DNA of 64,000 nucleotides from Bdellovibrionales bacterium (GTDB lineage Bacteria; Bdellovibrionota; UBA1018): NCBI GenBank assembly GCA_947380295.1, contig CANCQK010000007.1, positions 19,933 to 83,932 of the forward strand, read 5' to 3'. Shown piece by piece: positions 59,400 to 64,000 of this stretch (position 1 is its first letter; each line of letters starts with the position of its first letter). The notes under the pieces were generated by a model. It saw only the letters and a program-made list of their open reading frames with translations, ran no database searches and was not told where the DNA came from. The position numbers and the translations under genes were made by a program.

Positions 59400-60155
59400 T
59401 TAAAACTCCATACGGATACCGAATAAGTAAGACCTTCCATTCACATTGAGTGTTTTTCCGTCAAGGGTGGTCATCTGTCTCATTTCAAAAGTCAGATAGG
59501 AGCGACTCGCTCCGCTATTGATATAAAACTGTCGAGCCGAGGAGGGTTCCATCCAGTTCAGTAAGAGCCAGACTCCCACCATGGGGCCGTGAACAAGAGC
59601 GCGACCCGTGATCGCTTGCCCCGAACCACTGGGATTTTGAAATGAGTAAAATAGGTTGTCTGCAAAGTAACCGACCACGGGAACGAGAGGCTGCCAAGAA
59701 AAGAGTCGAAGTTGGTAACGGGCCTGCAAACCGAGTGTGTAAATGCTGAGCACAGAGTCTACAATATTTTGAGATGAGGAAAGAATGGGGTTCAAAGCGA
59801 GAGTTACGCCAAAATCAAAGGCCCCTGCGAACTGCAGAAACCAAGGTTGGTAATCGACCATGAGTCCGAAAGCACTGATTGTTGGGGTGGTGACGTCGGT
59901 GCCCGGATACCCTTGATTGGTAAAATACTGCCCGGCTTGGCCATTTGTGATGAGTGAAGGAGCGCCGAAAAGCTGCAATCCGAGCTGAGATTTGAGGGAT
60001 TCGATATCGACCACCAGCGTTTTGCGTTTCTCTAGCGGTGGAGGTGAGTCGGAGTCCGCCTGGGCGTTGGGCGAACCTGCGAAGTTGAGGGCTATGAACA
60101 GGGCGAGGAGAGTGAATTTCAACCTGTTCTCGTAGGAGATCGTTTTGCTGCTCAT
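59400..60155 (-). CDS. Outer membrane beta-barrel protein
   Basis: Signal peptide, alternating beta strands, terminal YLFGIRMEF BAM signal. Confidence 0.75.
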   Translation of the reverse strand: MSSKTISYENRLKFTLLALFIALNFAGSPNAQADSDSPPPLEKRKTLVVDIESLKSQLGLQLFGAPSLITNGQAGQYFTNQGYPGTDVTTPTISAFGLMVDYQPWFLQFAGAFDFGVTLALNPILSSSQNIVDSVLSIYTLGLQARYQLRLFSWQPLVPVVGYFADNLFYSFQNPSGSGQAITGRALVHGPMVGVWLLLNWMEPSSARQFYINSGASRSYLTFEMRQMTTLDGKTLNVNGRSYLFGIRMEF

Positions 60156-60230
60156 TTAATCTGCCTTTCTCATGGGTACTATTAACTACGTATATCCTTA
60201 AGCGTTTAAAATCTTCCAAATTCGAAAAAC

Positions 60231-60962
60231 CTAAAGGTACTCTCCACCAAGATAAGCTCGCCTTATGGCATCAGACTTGGCAAGGTCTTGAGCATTGCCT
60301 TTCATTACAACTTTTCCGGTCTCCAGCACAATAGCCTCATGAGCGATTTCAAGAGCTTGGAGCGCGTTCTGCTCAACTAGGAGAACAGTGACCCCTCGTC
60401 GATTGATATCTTGAATCAGTTCGAAAATTCGCTCAATGAATTGTGGAGCAAGACCTAGGCTTGGCTCATCCAGGAGAAGGAGGCGAGGCTGGGACATCCA
60501 CGCTCGACCGAGAGCTAGCATCTGCTGTTCCCCTCCAGAGAGGGTCCCTGCGCTTTGCTTGCGACGCTCTGCTAGGCGAGGGAAAAGCTCAAAAACTGTC
60601 GCCAAATCATCATCGTACGTCTTGGGATTTTGAGCAGCCCAAGCGCCGAGGTCAAGATTCTCTTCGACTGTGAGATTGAGGAATATCCCTCTGCCTTCAG
60701 GGACGTGCGAAATTCCCTTACGTGCAATCTGATGAGGGGGGAGCTGAGAGATGAGTTCGCCTTGAAAATGAATACTCCCTTGAGAGAGCGGAACTAATTT
60801 TGAGATCGATCTGAGGATCGTAGATTTGCCAGCTCCATTGGCTCCAATGAGAGCTAGGATTTGTCCTGGCATGATCTCGAGTGAAACATTCGTTAGGGCC
60901 GGAATCACGCCATAATGAACTCGAATCTCGGCAACAGTTAAAAGTGGGGATGGAGTACTCAA
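60231..60962 (-). CDS. livF: Branched-chain amino acid ABC transporter ATP-binding protein
   Basis: GANGAGKS, VPEGRGIF, LSGGEQQM, DEPSLGLAP, LVEQNA. Confidence 0.96.
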   Translation of the reverse strand: MSTPSPLLTVAEIRVHYGVIPALTNVSLEIMPGQILALIGANGAGKSTILRSISKLVPLSQGSIHFQGELISQLPPHQIARKGISHVPEGRGIFLNLTVEENLDLGAWAAQNPKTYDDDLATVFELFPRLAERRKQSAGTLSGGEQQMLALGRAWMSQPRLLLLDEPSLGLAPQFIERIFELIQDINRRGVTVLLVEQNALQALEIAHEAIVLETGKVVMKGNAQDLAKSDAIRRAYLGGEYL

Positions 60963-61750
60963 TTGGATTTCGCCTTTCCTAAATAGGCTTCAATGACTTT
61001 AGAGTTGCGCTGAATTTGTTCAGGCGTTCCGTCAGCAATTTTCACTCCATAGTCTAGAACAGCAATTTTTTCACAGATCCCCATTACGAGTTTCATATCA
61101 TGCTCAATCAAGAGGAGGGTGATGGAGTGATCCGTTCGAATCACACTGAGCGTTTCCATGAGTTTGTGTGTTTCGTCGGGGTTCATTCCTGCAGCGGGTT
61201 CATCTAGTAGCAAAAGTCGGGCCCCTGTGGCCATAGCACGGGCAATTTCTAGGCGGCGCTGATCGCCATAGGGCAGACTCCCGGAGATTTCAGTGTGTTT
61301 TGAGGTGAGCTTGAAATAGTCCAGAATCTCTAATGCACGGGCCCGTTTTTGAGCCTCAGATTGATTGAAAAATGAGGTTCTAAAAAGTGATGGGAGCCAG
61401 CCAGATGCTCCAAATAATCGATTCTCGTCTAAGGGAATTAGGATGTTCTCTAAAACGCTGAGGTTTTTAAAAAGTCGAATGTTTTGAAATGTACGGGCGA
61501 TTCCCTGTCGAGTGATTTGAAATGGTTTTTGACCAGCAATCGATTCGCCAAAGAGTTGAATCGCTCCTCCTGTGGGCATGTAGACGCCGGTGACCAGATT
61601 AAAAAAAGTCGTTTTTCCGGCTCCATTTGGGCCGATTATGCCGTAAATGGACCCTTGTGGAACTTCAAGATTCAGGGAGTTTAAAGCCTTTAATCCGCCG
61701 AACTGAATGGAGAGTTCATGGATGTTTAGCGCAAGAGGGTTGGAGCTCAT
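60959..61750 (-). CDS. livG: Branched-chain amino acid ABC transporter ATP-binding protein
   Basis: FGGLKA, GPNGAGKTT, ARTFQNIRLF, LPYGDQRRLEIARA, IEHDM. Confidence 0.96.
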   Translation of the reverse strand: MSSNPLALNIHELSIQFGGLKALNSLNLEVPQGSIYGIIGPNGAGKTTFFNLVTGVYMPTGGAIQLFGESIAGQKPFQITRQGIARTFQNIRLFKNLSVLENILIPLDENRLFGASGWLPSLFRTSFFNQSEAQKRARALEILDYFKLTSKHTEISGSLPYGDQRRLEIARAMATGARLLLLDEPAAGMNPDETHKLMETLSVIRTDHSITLLLIEHDMKLVMGICEKIAVLDYGVKIADGTPEQIQRNSKVIEAYLGKAKSN

Positions 61751-62751
61751 CTCGGGTCTCCTCTGCGGTTTCGAAAGAAACTGGTGATCTCGCGGGTGCC
61801 CATGAGCCCTTGAGGTCGAAGGAGCATCATCAAGATGAGGAGTAATGAATAAATGACCATTCTAAAGTCAATTTGTGTCCATTCCTGCAATGGACGGAGT
61901 AGCTCACGGAGAGTCGTCAGGAAAATCGCTGCAAGGATAGATCCTGTGATGCTGCCCATGCCGCCGAGAACGACCATAATAATGATTTCAACACTTCGAT
62001 TGAAATCAAAAGTCTGCGGATTGAGGTAGCGGAGGGTGTGAGCGAATAAGCCTCCTGCAACCCCAGCAAAAAATGCTCCGATTACGAAAGCTTTCACTTT
62101 GACTTGAGTCGTGTTAACTCCCATTGCCTCAGCGGCAATCTCATCTTCCCGCACGGCTAAAAATTCGCGACCGTAAGAAGAGCGAATGATCCGCCAAATG
62201 ACGAATGTACAAATCAGAACCCACGTATAAACCCAACCAAAACTACATAGACCAGGAATATTAGGAAGCCCACGAGCGCCGCCCACGGAATCGAGATTGA
62301 GCACAACGACGCGAATAATCTCACCAAAGCCGAGGGTGACTATTGCGAGGTAGTCTCCCTTGAGGCGAAGCGATGGGAGGCCTACGCAATAGCCCACCAG
62401 CGCTGCAGCACAACCACCAGCCAAGAGTGAGCCTAGAAAAATAAGTGCTTGCTGAATCTGGGAGAGGCTATCGAGCGACTGAGCAAAGTAATGGGTTGTG
62501 ATGTAAGCTGAAAAGTATCCACCTACTGACATAAATCCGGCATGGCCCATGGAAAACTGGCCCGTGAATCCGTTGACGAGGTTCAGACTGACGGCCAAAA
62601 TTATATTAATTCCAGCGTATATTATAATAGATAAATAGTAAGGGTTCATCAAACCGATCCAAGCGGATTGGCTGATCCAAACTAAAGTTAGAGCGATACC
62701 CCAAAGAATGCTTGATTGGTAGTTGAGTTTAATTTTGGTTGAAGGAGTCAT
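61747..62751 (-). CDS. livM: Branched-chain amino acid ABC transporter permease
   Basis: LNLVNGFTGQFSMGHAGF, LRLKGDYLAIVTLGFGEI, VLGGMGS. Confidence 0.95.
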   Translation of the reverse strand: MTPSTKIKLNYQSSILWGIALTLVWISQSAWIGLMNPYYLSIIIYAGINIILAVSLNLVNGFTGQFSMGHAGFMSVGGYFSAYITTHYFAQSLDSLSQIQQALIFLGSLLAGGCAAALVGYCVGLPSLRLKGDYLAIVTLGFGEIIRVVVLNLDSVGGARGLPNIPGLCSFGWVYTWVLICTFVIWRIIRSSYGREFLAVREDEIAAEAMGVNTTQVKVKAFVIGAFFAGVAGGLFAHTLRYLNPQTFDFNRSVEIIIMVVLGGMGSITGSILAAIFLTTLRELLRPLQEWTQIDFRMVIYSLLLILMMLLRPQGLMGTREITSFFRNRRGDPR

Positions 62752-63650
62752 ACTTTTTCAGCTCTTTTCAGTCCTAAAAGTCCTGTGGGCTTAAAGAGTA
62801 AGATCATAATAAGTAGTCCAAAAGCGAGAGCATCGCGAAAAGTAGGAGCACCGTAACCCACTAAAAATTCTTCAGACAGACCTAAAATCAGAGCGCCAAG
62901 CACAGCGCCGCGAACATTTCCGATTCCTCCGAGAACTGCGGCAACAAAAGCTTTTAGACCGGGGAGTACTCCCATGAGTGGGTCAATTTTTGGATAAGTT
63001 AGTCCCACTAGCACCCCCGCTGCCCCGGCAAGGGTAGAGCCAAGTACGAAAGTCAGAGAGATGACTTGATCGGTGGGGATCCCCATGAGCGAAGCATACT
63101 CCAAGTTAAAGCTGGTGGCTCGCATCGCTCGACCTAGGCGGGTTCTGTAAATCATCCAATCCAAAGCGAGCATTAAAAAAATTGAAACGACGAAGATGAG
63201 AACTTGGAGCGGATTAATTTTGAGTTCGTTGAATGACCAGTCTCCTTCAAAGGATAAAACCTGTGGAAAAAACTTTGGGTCAGCACCAAAGAAGAGCTGG
63301 CCTGCAAATTCTAAAAACAAAGATACACCCACGGCAGTAATTAAAACGTTGATCCGTGGAGATTTTCGTAAGGGACGATAGGCAAGTCGTTCTATGCACC
63401 ATCCAAGACACCCACTTCCAATCATGGCTACCACCAAAGTGAGGGCCAGCGAAAGCCAGGAGGGGTGCTCCGCTAACTTGAAGAAATGGATAGCATAAAA
63501 GCCGGTAAAGGCCCCGACCATATACACATCCCCATGGGCAAAGTTGATGAGCTGGAGAATTCCAAAGACCATGGTGTAGCCAAGAGCGATTAATGCGTAA
63601 ATACTTCCCATGGAAAAGCCGTTAATCAAATGCTGTATGAGTTCAATCAT
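62748..63650 (-). CDS. livH: Branched-chain amino acid ABC transporter permease
   Basis: GSIYALIALGYTMVFG..INFAHG, KAFVAAVLGGIG. Confidence 0.96.
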   Translation of the reverse strand: MIELIQHLINGFSMGSIYALIALGYTMVFGILQLINFAHGDVYMVGAFTGFYAIHFFKLAEHPSWLSLALTLVVAMIGSGCLGWCIERLAYRPLRKSPRINVLITAVGVSLFLEFAGQLFFGADPKFFPQVLSFEGDWSFNELKINPLQVLIFVVSIFLMLALDWMIYRTRLGRAMRATSFNLEYASLMGIPTDQVISLTFVLGSTLAGAAGVLVGLTYPKIDPLMGVLPGLKAFVAAVLGGIGNVRGAVLGALILGLSEEFLVGYGAPTFRDALAFGLLIMILLFKPTGLLGLKRAEKV

Positions 63651-63670
63651 GGGTGTTTGTTTCGGCTATT

Positions 63671-64000
63671 CTAGGGTTGGATGGTAGTTTGGTAGCGAAA
63701 CAAACCGTCTACAATTTTTAGTACGACGGCTGGCTTTACTGCATTTCGCTGTTCGTTCAGACTGATTTTACCTGTTACTGCGGCAAAACCTTTTGTTTCG
63801 GCAATAGCGTCACGGAGGTCCTGCTTGCTCAAGGTTTTTGAGCGACGAATTGAGTCTACGAGGATCATTGCAGCATCGTAACCCATAGCCGCCATTCCGT
63901 CTGGCTTACTGGTATAGCGTTGGCTGAATTGAGTGACAAAGTTTTTTATTTTTGGAGCAGTATCTTCATTCGAGTAGTGATTTGAGAAATAGGAGTTTTC
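63671..64000 (-). CDS. livK: Branched-chain amino acid ABC substrate-binding protein, 3' part (partial)
   Basis: SNHYS, AAMGYDAA, RDAIAETKGF.AVTGKI, KPAVV; ORF runs off window end. Confidence 0.88.
   Translation of the reverse strand, partial: ENSYFSNHYSNEDTAPKIKNFVTQFSQRYTSKPDGMAAMGYDAAMILVDSIRRSKTLSKQDLRDAIAETKGFAAVTGKISLNEQRNAVKPAVVLKIVDGLFRYQTTIQP

Overview
Bacterial chromosomal segment, by inference Bdellovibrionota/Oligoflexia-like. The housekeeping backbone includes the miaB 3' end, a gamma-carbonic-anhydrase-family gene, truC, dnaE, lipB, metF, metH, livKHMGF, tRNA-Val(GAC), tRNA-Leu(TAA) and tRNA-Leu(GAG). It is interspersed with signal-peptide-bearing proteins whose cargo looks built to act inside another, probably eukaryotic, cell: a GIY-YIG-like nuclease with an NLS-like patch, an ankyrin + Cys-motif protein, an immunity-less colicin-type HNH DNase, a WNK-like Ser/Thr kinase, a Legionella WipA/WipB-like phosphatase, a PAM2-motif protein, and an F-box fused to an FGE-type C-lectin domain. 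The F-box protein is the most striking: its 3' end looks like a diversity-generating-retroelement (DGR) variable region. It sits at the tRNA-Leu 3' end beside a truncated paralogous variable region and a HUH/Y1 tyrosine-transposase element whose left end is amplified as nested, same-origin partial duplications. No reverse transcriptase or template repeat is in the window. A methionine-synthase-coupled operon encodes unusual glycosyltransferase fusions (GT2-methyltransferase; GT87-pseudoGT2-YdjC; ArnT-like). All family assignments come from motif reading, not database searches.
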